This document shows positions 30,324 to 39,696 of a DNA stretch of 64,000 nucleotides, in pieces. The stretch is from a bacterium. Its GTDB lineage: Bacteria > UBA8248. The position numbers were made by a program, and so were the translations under genes. The stretch spans positions 2,816,001 to 2,880,000 of the forward strand of contig CBDBZU010000004.1 of the NCBI GenBank assembly GCA_965213625.1. Direction: 5' to 3'. Under the pieces are notes generated by a model. It made no database searches. It worked only from the letters and a program-made list of their open reading frames with translations, and was not told where the DNA came from. The number at the start of each line of letters is the position of its first letter. Positions within the stretch are counted from its first letter, which is position 1.

Positions 30324-32451
30324 GGGACATGTGCTCATCGTGGATGATGAGCGTGAAATACTCACGAGCTTGGAAGATGTGTTAAACGATGAAGGATATC
30401 GTGTCGAACGTGCCGAGTCTGGAGAAACGGCCCTGCAATTGGTTCGTACTGAAACTCCGGATGTAGTTTTGGTTGATGTGTGGATGCCTGGCATTGATGG
30501 AATCAAGACATTGCAAGCAGTGAAAGAGTCGAACGCGGATATTGAAGTCGTCGTGATGTCGGGCCACGGCAACATAGAAACCGCTGTTGCCGCTACAAAG
30601 TTGGGCGCTTTTAATTTTATTGAAAAACCCCTGTCTATTGATGCGGTTTTGCGTATAGTCGATTCCGCTGTTCAAGCGCGAAGAGCCAAGGAGCTAAAGG
30701 CGAGTGATGTTGTCGATGTAATGCTTGATGGTAATAGCAAGAATATTCAAAAAGTTCGGCGGGCCATACGTAAAGCTGCGAAAGAATACAGCCCTTTGCT
30801 AATCGCAGGTGAAAGAGGTACTGGGAAGCGTTTTGTTGCCAGGGTAATTCATAAAAACGGCATGAAAAAAGAAGAAGGCTTTAGGCCCGTTCATTGCCGT
30901 TCGCTGTTTCCTATGACGGAGATTAGCGAATGGGAAAATACCTTGGAACGGTTGTTGCCAGATGCCTATCAAGGGACGGTATATCTTGATGGTTTGGAGC
31001 AGCTACCCATGGCGGAGCGGGAGTTATTTCTTGCGAGATTTCTTGGTCATACGAAAGAATCAATGCGTTTGATGGTATCCGTTGATTATATGGGTGCCCT
31101 GAATGACAAGGCCGATGTAAAAGCTTTATCCTCAAAAATAGGCGTTGATGTAATTCACCTGCCCCCTTTGCGCGAACGTAAAGAGGATATTTTGCCGTTG
31201 GCCAATAAATTTTTGAATGAATGTAATGAAGCTGGAAGGGATAAGAAAGAATTTTCAGAGGATGTCATTGCGCTTCTAGAAGATTATGATTGGCCAGGCA
31301 ATATTGCTGAATTGAAAGGCGCGGTGACCAAAGCGTCATATTCATCCCAAGGCTCGGAAATTGATGTCAGCCACTTGCCGTACGCAATACGCGAAGCTTC
31401 TGATTTAGCGGCGCACACATCTTCAAAAAATGACGCTCCTTCTAATTTTAATGTGGCCAGAACCCAGTGGGAGAGACAATACCTTTCCTTCCATTTGGAG
31501 GAGCACGGTTGGGATATCCACAAAACCGCCCAAGCGGTGGGAATGACGAAACAAGCTTTAAAACGAAAAATTAAAGCATACAATATCGAGCCCGTAACGT
31601 CGGCGTCGACGATGATTAGGGAAACAAATCAAAGGAGTATCTCGAAAAGTGTCGTGTTGTACGGCCGAGGGCTTCATTCAGGGTTGAAGACCGGATTAAT
31701 CATCGAACCCTTGCCGCCGGGGAGCGGAATTCAATTCGGCAACCTGACAAGTCCCGATACCGTGAGAGCAAATGTTGATTTTGTGGATGGCACCAACCAT
31801 GCAACTAACTTGCGCAATGGAACTGTAACGGCTCGGACAATAGAGCATCTCATGAGCGCGCTACACGCTTATAAGATAAGCAATATACTCATCAAGATGA
31901 GTGAAGAAGTGCCTGTTATGGATGGGTCGGCAGTAGAGTTTTGTCGCTTGCTCGAAGAAGCGGGCATTGAAGATCAGAAACAAAAATGTGATGACTTGTG
32001 GGTTGATAAGGTTTACGAAGTAGGTGAACAGAGAGACGAGAAGGGTTATATACGCATAGAACCAGCAGATTCTTTTTCGATTTCATATCTCATAGATTAT
32101 CCTAAGCCGATTGGGAAACAATCATATCTTTATGACCATAAGAACGCATTGAGTTTTCAAGAAGAAATCGCACCGGCCCGTACGTTTGGTTTTGTCTCTG
32201 AACTCGAATCACTTGAGAAAATGGGATTGGCCGAAGGTGGTCGCTGGGATAATGTTATTCTTGTAGACAAAGCGCGAGTCGTGAATACCCAATTGCGATT
32301 TCCAAATGAATTTGTTCGCCATAAGATTCTTGACGTTATAGGAGATTTGTATTTAACCGGCCGTCCCATCCGCGGAAAAGTGACTGCTGAGAGAAGTGGA
32401 CACCGACATAATGTCGCCTTGGTCAAGAAATTGATGGAAGACCATGCCTGA
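30316..32451 (+). CDS. lpxC: Fusion: NtrX-like response regulator (REC, degenerate AAA+, HTH) plus UDP-3-O-acyl-GlcNAc deacetylase LpxC
   Basis: REC: IVDDE, LVDVWMPG, MSGHG, FIEKP; Walker A GERGTGK; WPGNIAEL; HTH; from about aa 439 LpxC: QRSI....LYGRGLHSG, TIEHLMSAL, PVMDGSA, APARTFGF, RHKILDVIGDL, SGH; no stop between the parts. Confidence 0.93.
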   Translation: MDKGHVLIVDDEREILTSLEDVLNDEGYRVERAESGETALQLVRTETPDVVLVDVWMPGIDGIKTLQAVKESNADIEVVVMSGHGNIETAVAATKLGAFNFIEKPLSIDAVLRIVDSAVQARRAKELKASDVVDVMLDGNSKNIQKVRRAIRKAAKEYSPLLIAGERGTGKRFVARVIHKNGMKKEEGFRPVHCRSLFPMTEISEWENTLERLLPDAYQGTVYLDGLEQLPMAERELFLARFLGHTKESMRLMVSVDYMGALNDKADVKALSSKIGVDVIHLPPLRERKEDILPLANKFLNECNEAGRDKKEFSEDVIALLEDYDWPGNIAELKGAVTKASYSSQGSEIDVSHLPYAIREASDLAAHTSSKNDAPSNFNVARTQWERQYLSFHLEEHGWDIHKTAQAVGMTKQALKRKIKAYNIEPVTSASTMIRETNQRSISKSVVLYGRGLHSGLKTGLIIEPLPPGSGIQFGNLTSPDTVRANVDFVDGTNHATNLRNGTVTARTIEHLMSALHAYKISNILIKMSEEVPVMDGSAVEFCRLLEEAGIEDQKQKCDDLWVDKVYEVGEQRDEKGYIRIEPADSFSISYLIDYPKPIGKQSYLYDHKNALSFQEEIAPARTFGFVSELESLEKMGLAEGGRWDNVILVDKARVVNTQLRFPNEFVRHKILDVIGDLYLTGRPIRGKVTAERSGHRHNVALVKKLMEDHA

Positions 32452-32502
32452 TAACGAATTCATACCGAGCAATTTCGTCTACCAAATCATGGAACATCAC
32501 TA

Positions 32503-33555
32503 TTGAACGAACAACACCTAACATACCGCGACGCAGGCGTCGATGTGAATTTGGGAGAGGGTTTTGTTCAAGCTATCTCCGAAGAAGTGAGATCGACCCA
32601 TGATAATCAAAGTGGCCGTATCCTGAAGGGAGCGGCGGATTTTGCGGGTTTGTTCCGCCTGGGTGGGGAATATGAAGACCCTGTACTCGTTTCGGGCGCC
32701 GATGGCGTAGGCACGAAATTACTCTTGGCCCAGGAGTTCGAGCGACATGATACCGTCGGAGTCGACTTGGTGGCCATGTGCGTCAACGACATTCTGACGA
32801 TGGGAGCAGAACCGCTTTTCTTTCTTGACTACATTGCGACGGGTCAGATTGACCAAGGCGTATTGAAGACAGTTGTATCCGGGATCGCCCGAGGATGCCG
32901 GGATGCGGGGTGCGCGCTCCTTGGAGGTGAAACGGCCGAGATGCCTGATATGTATGAACCGGGCGTGTATGACCTTGCTGGATTCGCTGTGGGGGTGGTT
33001 GAACGTGAGAAGCTCACCCCAAAAACGCCTGTAAAAGTTGGTGACGCGATATTAGCACTTCCATCCTCAGGTATTCATAGTAACGGATACTCCTTGGTTC
33101 GAAAAATATTTGGAGCAACACAAAAACGAGATACGGTGGCGCAAAGGATGGGTATTCCCTTTGAAGAAGTTCTATTGGAGCCGACTCGGATTTACGCAAA
33201 TGGGGCAAACTCCATTCGAGGAGAAGAGGGGGTAAGCGGAATCGCGCATATCACGGGAGGCGGAATTCCGGGAAACGTAAGTCGTGTGGTACCAGATGAA
33301 TTACAAGCAAAATTTTACCCGGATAAATGGACGACCCCTGAAATTTTCTCATTGATTCAAGAGTTAGGTCCAATCGAGAATGCGGAGATGTACCGCACAT
33401 TTAATATGGGTTTGGGCTTTGTCTTTCTAGTGAGGTCGAAGCAAGTGGGCTCTTTACTCGAGTGTTTGAAAAATGTAGGAGAGCAAGCCATGGTTGTTGG
33501 TGAGGTCGTTAAAAAACCGAAAAGTGGCCATTCCGTGGTCTTTGAAGGTGTATAA
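32503..33555 (+). CDS. purM: Phosphoribosylformylglycinamidine cyclo-ligase
   Basis: TYRDAGVD, DGVGTK, DLVAMCVND, GGETAEMP, SSGIHSNGYSL, HITGGG, TFNMG. Confidence 0.97.
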   Translation: MNEQHLTYRDAGVDVNLGEGFVQAISEEVRSTHDNQSGRILKGAADFAGLFRLGGEYEDPVLVSGADGVGTKLLLAQEFERHDTVGVDLVAMCVNDILTMGAEPLFFLDYIATGQIDQGVLKTVVSGIARGCRDAGCALLGGETAEMPDMYEPGVYDLAGFAVGVVEREKLTPKTPVKVGDAILALPSSGIHSNGYSLVRKIFGATQKRDTVAQRMGIPFEEVLLEPTRIYANGANSIRGEEGVSGIAHITGGGIPGNVSRVVPDELQAKFYPDKWTTPEIFSLIQELGPIENAEMYRTFNMGLGFVFLVRSKQVGSLLECLKNVGEQAMVVGEVVKKPKSGHSVVFEGV

Positions 33556-33558
33556 ATA

Positions 33559-34212
33559 GTGCATTCACGGACACGATTACGGGTGGGTGTTTTGGCCTCG
33601 GGACGAGGGTCGAACCTTCAAGCTCTCATAGATGCCGGGCAGGACGAAAATTTTCCAGCGGAAGTTGCATTGGTTGTGAGCGACAAAAAAAATGCGTATG
33701 CGCTCAAGCGCGCCTCGATGGCTGGAATACGATCTAAATATCTGGCGCCGAGGGAGGATGGTTTCTATCGGATGATGGGTGATGAGATTGAATGTTCCGG
33801 AATCGAGCTCGTCTGTTGTGCTGGGTTCATGCGCATTTTACCGCCGGATTTTGTGAGCCGATTTTCAGGGAAAATCATCAACATTCACCCCTCGCTGTTG
33901 CCTAGTTTTCCTGGTCTTCACGCGCAAAAAAAAGCTTTGGATGCCGGCGCTAGGGTGACAGGCTGCACGGTCCATTTTGTGGACGAAGGTGTGGATACGG
34001 GGCCTATCATCTTACAAGCTGCTGTCCCTGTGTTGCCCCACGACGATGAGGAAACTCTGTCTGAAAGGATTCTCGGGTATGAACACCGTATATACCCATT
34101 GGCTGTACGACTCATCGCGGAGGGGGGCGTTTACTGCGTAGATGGCGTTGTTCAGTATTCTGGGGACGCTCTCCCGGAGAGTAGTGGTTTTATCTCGCCC
34201 ATTTCAGAGTAA
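33559..34212 (+). CDS. purN: Phosphoribosylglycinamide formyltransferase
   Basis: ASGRGSNLQA, AGFMRIL, NIHPSLLP.FPG, GCTVHFVDEGVDTGPII. Confidence 0.97.
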   Translation: MHSRTRLRVGVLASGRGSNLQALIDAGQDENFPAEVALVVSDKKNAYALKRASMAGIRSKYLAPREDGFYRMMGDEIECSGIELVCCAGFMRILPPDFVSRFSGKIINIHPSLLPSFPGLHAQKKALDAGARVTGCTVHFVDEGVDTGPIILQAAVPVLPHDDEETLSERILGYEHRIYPLAVRLIAEGGVYCVDGVVQYSGDALPESSGFISPISE

Positions 34213-34237
34213 TCATTCACAAAGGACCACGAGAGAT

Positions 34238-34963
34238 TTGCGCAAATTTAATTTTTTAATGTTTATAGTCGTTTTGGGATTTTTTGCATTCTTGCAAGAA
34301 CACTCGCTCGGGGCATCTATACAAGATGAGCCAAGTAAAAAAACGGACAAAATTATCTCGGCACTACAGGATAAATATGAAGCTCTTGAATCTCTGCAAG
34401 CCTCTTTCGAGCAGAAAAATGAATTAAAATCCCTCGGGCGAACGACTACGTCGAGCGGAAGCCTTTCATGGCAGAAGCCTGGTAAACTGCACATGGAGTA
34501 CGCCAAGCCTGAAAAGCAGGTTCTAGTTTCTAATGGCAATCAGTTTTGGCTCTACACGGCACGTTTAAATCAGGTAATGGTTTCCAAAACCGGGGGGTTG
34601 GGGTTTGGCGCAACCCCTTTGTTATTTTTGTCGGGCAAGGGAAATTTGAAAAAGAATTTTCAAGTGACCGTGGAAGAAGTTGGAATTGCCAGGCGAAGCG
34701 GAGGAATTTGGAAAGCCGGTCAGCCCCATCGCATTCGCTTGGAGCCGAAGTCAAAGAGCGCCTCCTTTCGCCGCATGTGGATAGAGGTAGAGCCAGAGGA
34801 ATTCACAATCCTTACCTTGGCGTACATTGATAATATTGGCAACAAAAGTCACTTGCGGTTTTCAAATGTTAAAGAAAACGTCAAAATCGCAAGGGAGGAA
34901 TTTGAGTTTGTCGTACCGCCGAATGTCGAAGTTCTACAAATGCCGACCCATAGCGGCCGGTGA
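34238..34963 (+). CDS. lolA: Outer membrane lipoprotein carrier LolA family
   Basis: Signal peptide, ASFEQ, G.L...KPGKL..EY..PE.Q.LVSNG..FWLY, F.F..P; start uncertain (TTG 34238 or ATG 34259). Confidence 0.85.
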   Translation: MRKFNFLMFIVVLGFFAFLQEHSLGASIQDEPSKKTDKIISALQDKYEALESLQASFEQKNELKSLGRTTTSSGSLSWQKPGKLHMEYAKPEKQVLVSNGNQFWLYTARLNQVMVSKTGGLGFGATPLLFLSGKGNLKKNFQVTVEEVGIARRSGGIWKAGQPHRIRLEPKSKSASFRRMWIEVEPEEFTILTLAYIDNIGNKSHLRFSNVKENVKIAREEFEFVVPPNVEVLQMPTHSGR

Positions 34964-34984
34964 ACAAGAAGGGTTCACTCTAGA

Positions 34985-36181
34985 ATGGCGATGCAAATAA
35001 TCAACTGGGTGATGGGTTTGGGGCAGACGATTTTCTGGGCCGTGCTGGTTTTGGGGTTACTCATTTTTATACATGAGTTGGGCCACCATCTCGTAGCGAA
35101 ATGGCTCAAAATAGGCGTTTCCACATTTTCTTTAGGTTTCGGCCGCCGCATCTGGGGATTTCAGAGGGGAGAGACGGAATATCGCGTTTCTCTGATCCCC
35201 TTGGGCGGATATGTAAAGCTGGTAGGAGAAGATCCGGAAGCGCAACCCGATAATCCCGATGTGCCAAAAGAAGCGGATGAGCCGGAGAAATCTTTTTACT
35301 TGCGCCCAGTGAGCCACCGATTGGCTGTCATTTCGGCAGGTCCCCTGTTTAATGTCGTCTTGGCGATTCTCTTGAGTTGGGGGCTGCACCTTGGCGGTAT
35401 TCCAGTTCCCGGAACATGGGTCGGCGGTGTTTTGCCCGATACGCCTGCACAAAAGGCGAATCTTCAAACCGGCGATCATATCGTGGCCATTAGCGGAAAG
35501 CGGATTCAGAAATGGTCCGAGCTTGTTGAAATTGTACGAGAAAATGCCGACAAGAATCTCGTATTGACGGTGGAGCGCGGCCGACAATCTTTTGAAACTC
35601 TCATTGTTCCGACATCGAGGAGCGCAACAGGCAAAGATTTGGGTTATGGGCGGATCGGTATCAGTATTGGACAGGGCACCTACACCGAACGTTTTGGCTT
35701 CTTTGAGTCTTTGGGGAAAGGGTTCGAGCAGAACTACCGCATTGCCAGCTTGACGGTTTTTACGCTGTATTCGATGCTCACGAAGACCATTCCAGCGGAC
35801 ATCGGCGGCCCAATCCGCATTTCTGTAGTGGCCGCAGAGCAGGCGCAGCGCGGATTCCGCTACCTCATCATGTTCACAATATTGCTGAGCATCAATCTTG
35901 CGATTCTGAATTTACTGCCAATCCCTGTACTTGATGGAGGGCATATTTTTTTCTTGCTTATTGAAGGCTTGCGTGGCAAACCTATTAGCCTGAGAGTCCG
36001 GGAAATGGCCATGCAGGTAGGCACCGTTCTCCTCATCGGTTTGATGATCTTTGCCACCTATAAGGACAGCGTGTATTATCTTTTTGGGAGTGAACCGGCA
36101 GCGATAACGAAAAAAGAGAAGCAAGTAGAGAAAATGAAGGATGTAACGAAACAATCGCCCGAAAGCAGTAAAGGCAAATAG
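34985..36181 (+). CDS. rseP: RIP metalloprotease RseP with PDZ domain
   Basis: HELGH, FSLGFG, PLGGYV, AGPLFN, PDZ, NLLPIPVLDGGH. Confidence 0.96.
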   Translation: MAMQIINWVMGLGQTIFWAVLVLGLLIFIHELGHHLVAKWLKIGVSTFSLGFGRRIWGFQRGETEYRVSLIPLGGYVKLVGEDPEAQPDNPDVPKEADEPEKSFYLRPVSHRLAVISAGPLFNVVLAILLSWGLHLGGIPVPGTWVGGVLPDTPAQKANLQTGDHIVAISGKRIQKWSELVEIVRENADKNLVLTVERGRQSFETLIVPTSRSATGKDLGYGRIGISIGQGTYTERFGFFESLGKGFEQNYRIASLTVFTLYSMLTKTIPADIGGPIRISVVAAEQAQRGFRYLIMFTILLSINLAILNLLPIPVLDGGHIFFLLIEGLRGKPISLRVREMAMQVGTVLLIGLMIFATYKDSVYYLFGSEPAAITKKEKQVEKMKDVTKQSPESSKGK

Positions 36182-36191
36182 GGATTTGGCT

Positions 36192-37436
36192 ATGTTTGAG
36201 CCATTTACAGACGACGTGTTTTACACGAAACCCATACCGGGAGTCGGTCTTCCTCCCAACGAGCAGAATACCGCTGTGTTGCCGATGGTTGGAGTGGATG
36301 CTACCGGTGAGGCGTTGCCTTGTGCGGATCCTTCATTATTCCCTCTGAATAGAAGGAAAAGTTCTCAAGTAGAAGTACGCGGCCTCAAAATTGGCGGCGG
36401 TGCTCCTATCGTTGTGCAATCTATGTGCAACACCTACACACATGATGTTGATGGAACGGTCGGCCAGATCGAGCGACTCGAAGCTGCTGGATGTGAAGTT
36501 GTTCGTTTGGCTGTTCCTGACGAAAAGTCGGCCAATGCGCTCTATGAAATCAGAAAACGCACCGAGATGCCCTTGGTGGCGGATATCCATTTCGACTATC
36601 GCTATGCCTTGCTGGCTGCGGATGCCGGGATCGATTGCTTGCGCATCAACCCCGGCAACATCAATGGGGAGGAGAGGGTGAACGAAGTGGTCGCCGCGGC
36701 GCAAGACCACGGCTTGCCCATCCGCGTAGGCGTGAACGCCGGTTCTCTGGAAAAGCACCTGCTTGATCGTTTTGGCGGCGCAACTCCCGAAGCGATGGTG
36801 GAAAGTGGATTGCGTCATATCGCCATGCTGGAGAAGCGAAATTTTTATGACACGAAAATCTCCCTGAAAGCTTCCGATGTTGCCAGGGCGGTGAAAGCCT
36901 ATCGGTTGATGGCGAAACGCGTCGAGTATCCACTTCATCTGGGTATCACGGAAAGTGGAAGCCTCCAGACGGGCAGCATAAAGAGCGCCGTCGGGCTAGG
37001 CATTCTTCTATCAGAAGGTATTGGAGATACCATCCGCGTTTCTTTGGCGGCGGATCCTGTGGAAGAGGTGCGTGTGGGCTACGAAATTCTGAAAAGCCTG
37101 AAGTTACGCCAAAAGGGCGTGAATGTAGTCGCGTGCCCGTCGTGCGGACGCGTCCAGATTGACGTAGATAAACTCACTATGGAAGTGGAGCAGGAACTAG
37201 CCCATATAAATGCTCCTATTACGGTGGCGGTGATGGGTTGTGAAGTAAACGGCCCTGGTGAGGCGAGAGATGCCGACATCGGTGTGGCAGGCGGCCATAA
37301 ACGCGCTTTAATTTTCATGAAAGGTGAAAAGTCGGGTTTGGTGTCTTATGAAGATATTAAGAAAAATCTGGTTGAGCGTGTCGAGCAACTAGCAGAACAG
37401 TACGAAAAAGGTCAATTCGAAGTAGCTCACTCCTAA
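36192..37436 (+). CDS. ispG: (E)-4-hydroxy-3-methylbut-2-enyl-diphosphate synthase
   Basis: PIVVQSM, VADIHF, RINPGN, IRVGVNAGSL, HLGITESG, GDTIRVSL, CPSCGR, MGCEVNGPGE. Confidence 0.97.
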   Translation: MFEPFTDDVFYTKPIPGVGLPPNEQNTAVLPMVGVDATGEALPCADPSLFPLNRRKSSQVEVRGLKIGGGAPIVVQSMCNTYTHDVDGTVGQIERLEAAGCEVVRLAVPDEKSANALYEIRKRTEMPLVADIHFDYRYALLAADAGIDCLRINPGNINGEERVNEVVAAAQDHGLPIRVGVNAGSLEKHLLDRFGGATPEAMVESGLRHIAMLEKRNFYDTKISLKASDVARAVKAYRLMAKRVEYPLHLGITESGSLQTGSIKSAVGLGILLSEGIGDTIRVSLAADPVEEVRVGYEILKSLKLRQKGVNVVACPSCGRVQIDVDKLTMEVEQELAHINAPITVAVMGCEVNGPGEARDADIGVAGGHKRALIFMKGEKSGLVSYEDIKKNLVERVEQLAEQYEKGQFEVAHS

Positions 37437-37449
37437 AAAAATCTGATTG

Positions 37450-39162
37450 ATGCGATTCTCAAGAGGTTTCTTGCCCACATTAAAAGAAGCGCCCGCCGAG
37501 GCGGAAGTTGTCAGCCATAAACTCATGGTTCGCTCTGGCATGATTCGCCGTTTGGCGGCTGGCGTATATACGCTTTTGCCTCTAGGCGTGCGTGTTCAGC
37601 GCAAAGTCGAGCAGATACTGCGTGAAGAGTTGAATCGTGCAGGTGCGCAAGAGGTTTTCTTGCCTACGCTGAATCCCGCCGAACTTTGGCAAAAAACGGG
37701 GCGATGGGAAGTATATGGCAAAGAATTGATTCGCCTGAAAGATCGCCATGAGCGTGATTTTTGCCTGGGTCCCACACATGAGGAAGTAATCACCGATCTG
37801 GTGGCGCGCGAGGTGAGGAGTTATCGGGACCTACCGCTAAATCTCTACCAGATTCAAACGAAATTCAGAGATGAGATAAGACCCCGTTTCGGCGTGATGC
37901 GTGGGCGGGAGTTTACGATGAAGGACGGATACAGCTTTGACCGGGATGAGGCCGGTTCGGAACAAAGTTATGAAGAAATGGTGCAGGCCTATACTCGAAT
38001 ATTTCAGCGCTGTGGTCTGAAATTCAGTGCTGTAGAAGCGGATTCAGGAGCCATCGGCGGGAGTTTTTCGCACGAGTTCATGGTTATGGCCGATACGGGA
38101 GAAGAAGCAATCACCGTTTGTGATAAGTGTGGGTACGCAGCGAATGTCGAAAAATCGCCGGTATCTTTGAAGCTGCCCGAGAATGAAGGAGGCGAACTTG
38201 AAAAAGTTCATACTCCTGGCGCTCATTCGATTGAAGAAGTGTCTGAATTCTTTTCTTTGCCTCCACATCGTCTTGTGAAAACCCTTTTATATGTCGCGGA
38301 TGATGAGCCGGTGGCCGCAATGATTCCAGGCCACAGGGAATTAAATGAAATCAAATTGAAGAATGCACTCGATGCGGTGGATATTGAGCTTGCCGACGCC
38401 GAGACCGTAAAAAAGCTCACCAACGCTGAGGTGGGCTTCGCAGGTCCCGTAGGCTTATCGGATATTCAGATTGTAGCAGATTGGTCCATTGAAAATAGTA
38501 GCGGGCTCATCGTCGGGGCGAATCAAACGGACTATCACTACAAAGGCGCGCGTGAGGGGCGTGACTTTACTCCAAGTAAATATGCAGACCTCACTGTTGC
38601 CGAAGTGGGAGATGCCTGCCCTGCATGTGAGGCTGGGCTCAGCGTCAGGCGCGGCATCGAAGTAGGACATGTCTTCAAGCTGGGTTGCAAGTATTCGGAA
38701 TCCCTGGATGCTAATTATCAGGACGAGAATGGCGAGACGCACACTATCGTAATGGGTTGTTATGGCATTGGCGTGGGTCGTACAGTGGCGGCGGCCATAG
38801 AGCAGAACCATGATGAGGACGGCATTATCTGGCCGACTCCAATCGCTCCATATCATGTGGATATCATTCCGGTGAGGGTGGATGATGAAACCATGAGGAT
38901 TTGCGAAGTCATATATGACTCGCTAGAGTCTGAAGGGCTGGATGTCGTGCTTGATGACAGGGATGAACGTCCGGGCGTGAAATTCAAGGATGCCGATCTT
39001 ATCGGTTTCCCCTACAAGGTAGTTGTCGGACCAAGAGGACTCAAAGAAGGAAATATTGAGTTAAAATCGAGAAAAACGGGGGAAACACAACTTGTGGCAT
39101 TGAACGATGCAGCATCTTTTCTGAAAAATCTGATTTCTGAAGAAATGAAATCCAACGGTTGA
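37450..39162 (+). CDS. proS: Proline--tRNA ligase with editing domain
   Basis: LGPTHEE, KFRDEIRPRFG.MRGREF, GIEVGHVFKLG, MGCYGIG, PGVKFKDADLIG. Confidence 0.98.
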   Translation: MRFSRGFLPTLKEAPAEAEVVSHKLMVRSGMIRRLAAGVYTLLPLGVRVQRKVEQILREELNRAGAQEVFLPTLNPAELWQKTGRWEVYGKELIRLKDRHERDFCLGPTHEEVITDLVAREVRSYRDLPLNLYQIQTKFRDEIRPRFGVMRGREFTMKDGYSFDRDEAGSEQSYEEMVQAYTRIFQRCGLKFSAVEADSGAIGGSFSHEFMVMADTGEEAITVCDKCGYAANVEKSPVSLKLPENEGGELEKVHTPGAHSIEEVSEFFSLPPHRLVKTLLYVADDEPVAAMIPGHRELNEIKLKNALDAVDIELADAETVKKLTNAEVGFAGPVGLSDIQIVADWSIENSSGLIVGANQTDYHYKGAREGRDFTPSKYADLTVAEVGDACPACEAGLSVRRGIEVGHVFKLGCKYSESLDANYQDENGETHTIVMGCYGIGVGRTVAAAIEQNHDEDGIIWPTPIAPYHVDIIPVRVDDETMRICEVIYDSLESEGLDVVLDDRDERPGVKFKDADLIGFPYKVVVGPRGLKEGNIELKSRKTGETQLVALNDAASFLKNLISEEMKSNG

Positions 39163-39266
39163 TTTCTGGGATTCTCAGGTTTTCATTCAAAAGATTTTTA
39201 AATTTCTTTGTCAGGCGTTGGCCGGGTCTGGAGTTTAGGGAAAGGGAAACTCCCTATATGGAAAAC

Positions 39267-39296
39267 TTGACGTTTTCGGGTTCAGGCATTTATATT
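39267..39296 (+). promoter_or_regulatory. Sigma70-type promoter upstream of the small-ORF/tRNA-Met/tilS unit
   Basis: TTGACG-N18-TATATT. Confidence 0.55.
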
Positions 39297-39333
39297 CTGC
39301 ACTTGTAGTGGCTGAACTTTCTGAAGGAGATAT

Positions 39334-39531
39334 TTGAGCGTGGCCTACCAGGGAGTTCGCGAGTGTGTTGTCTGCGCTTGGCGTGAAGGTTGCCGCCTGA
39401 AGTATCGTAATGAACCGAACGGAGCGATTTTTTGTCTGGAATTCTCTCCGGATTTGAGGATACAACAAACCGAATCGAAGGAAATACCACCTTCGCCTGA
39501 AAGCCAGAAACGAGGAGCAAATGACAAATGA
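39334..39531 (+). CDS. Small 4-Cys protein (CxxCAWRxxC...C), possible metal-binding
   Basis: AAGGAGA RBS, upstream promoter, CVVCAWREGCRLKY...FCLEF, stop overlaps the next ATG (ATGA). Confidence 0.7.
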   Translation: MSVAYQGVRECVVCAWREGCRLKYRNEPNGAIFCLEFSPDLRIQQTESKEIPPSPESQKRGANDK

Positions 39532-39683
39532 GACGTGAAATCGAGATTCTTGTTTTGCTCTTGTTGGGATATTTGTGTTTGATGGTAGGCTTTCGCATGG
39601 AAGACATTGGCATTCAGGTTTTCTTCTATATTCTTTCGGCCATGTTTATTTTCGCCATATTCCGACCCAAGCAGTCTCCCTGA
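39528..39683 (+). CDS. Small 51-aa protein with two hydrophobic segments (not in ORF track)
   Basis: MRREIEILVLLLLGYLCLMVGFRMEDIGIQVFFYILSAMFIFAIFRPKQSP*; GAGGAG RBS at 39512-39517; ATGA overlap with upstream ORF. Confidence 0.65.
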   Translation: MRREIEILVLLLLGYLCLMVGFRMEDIGIQVFFYILSAMFIFAIFRPKQSP

Positions 39684-39696
39684 CGAGGTGTATTCT

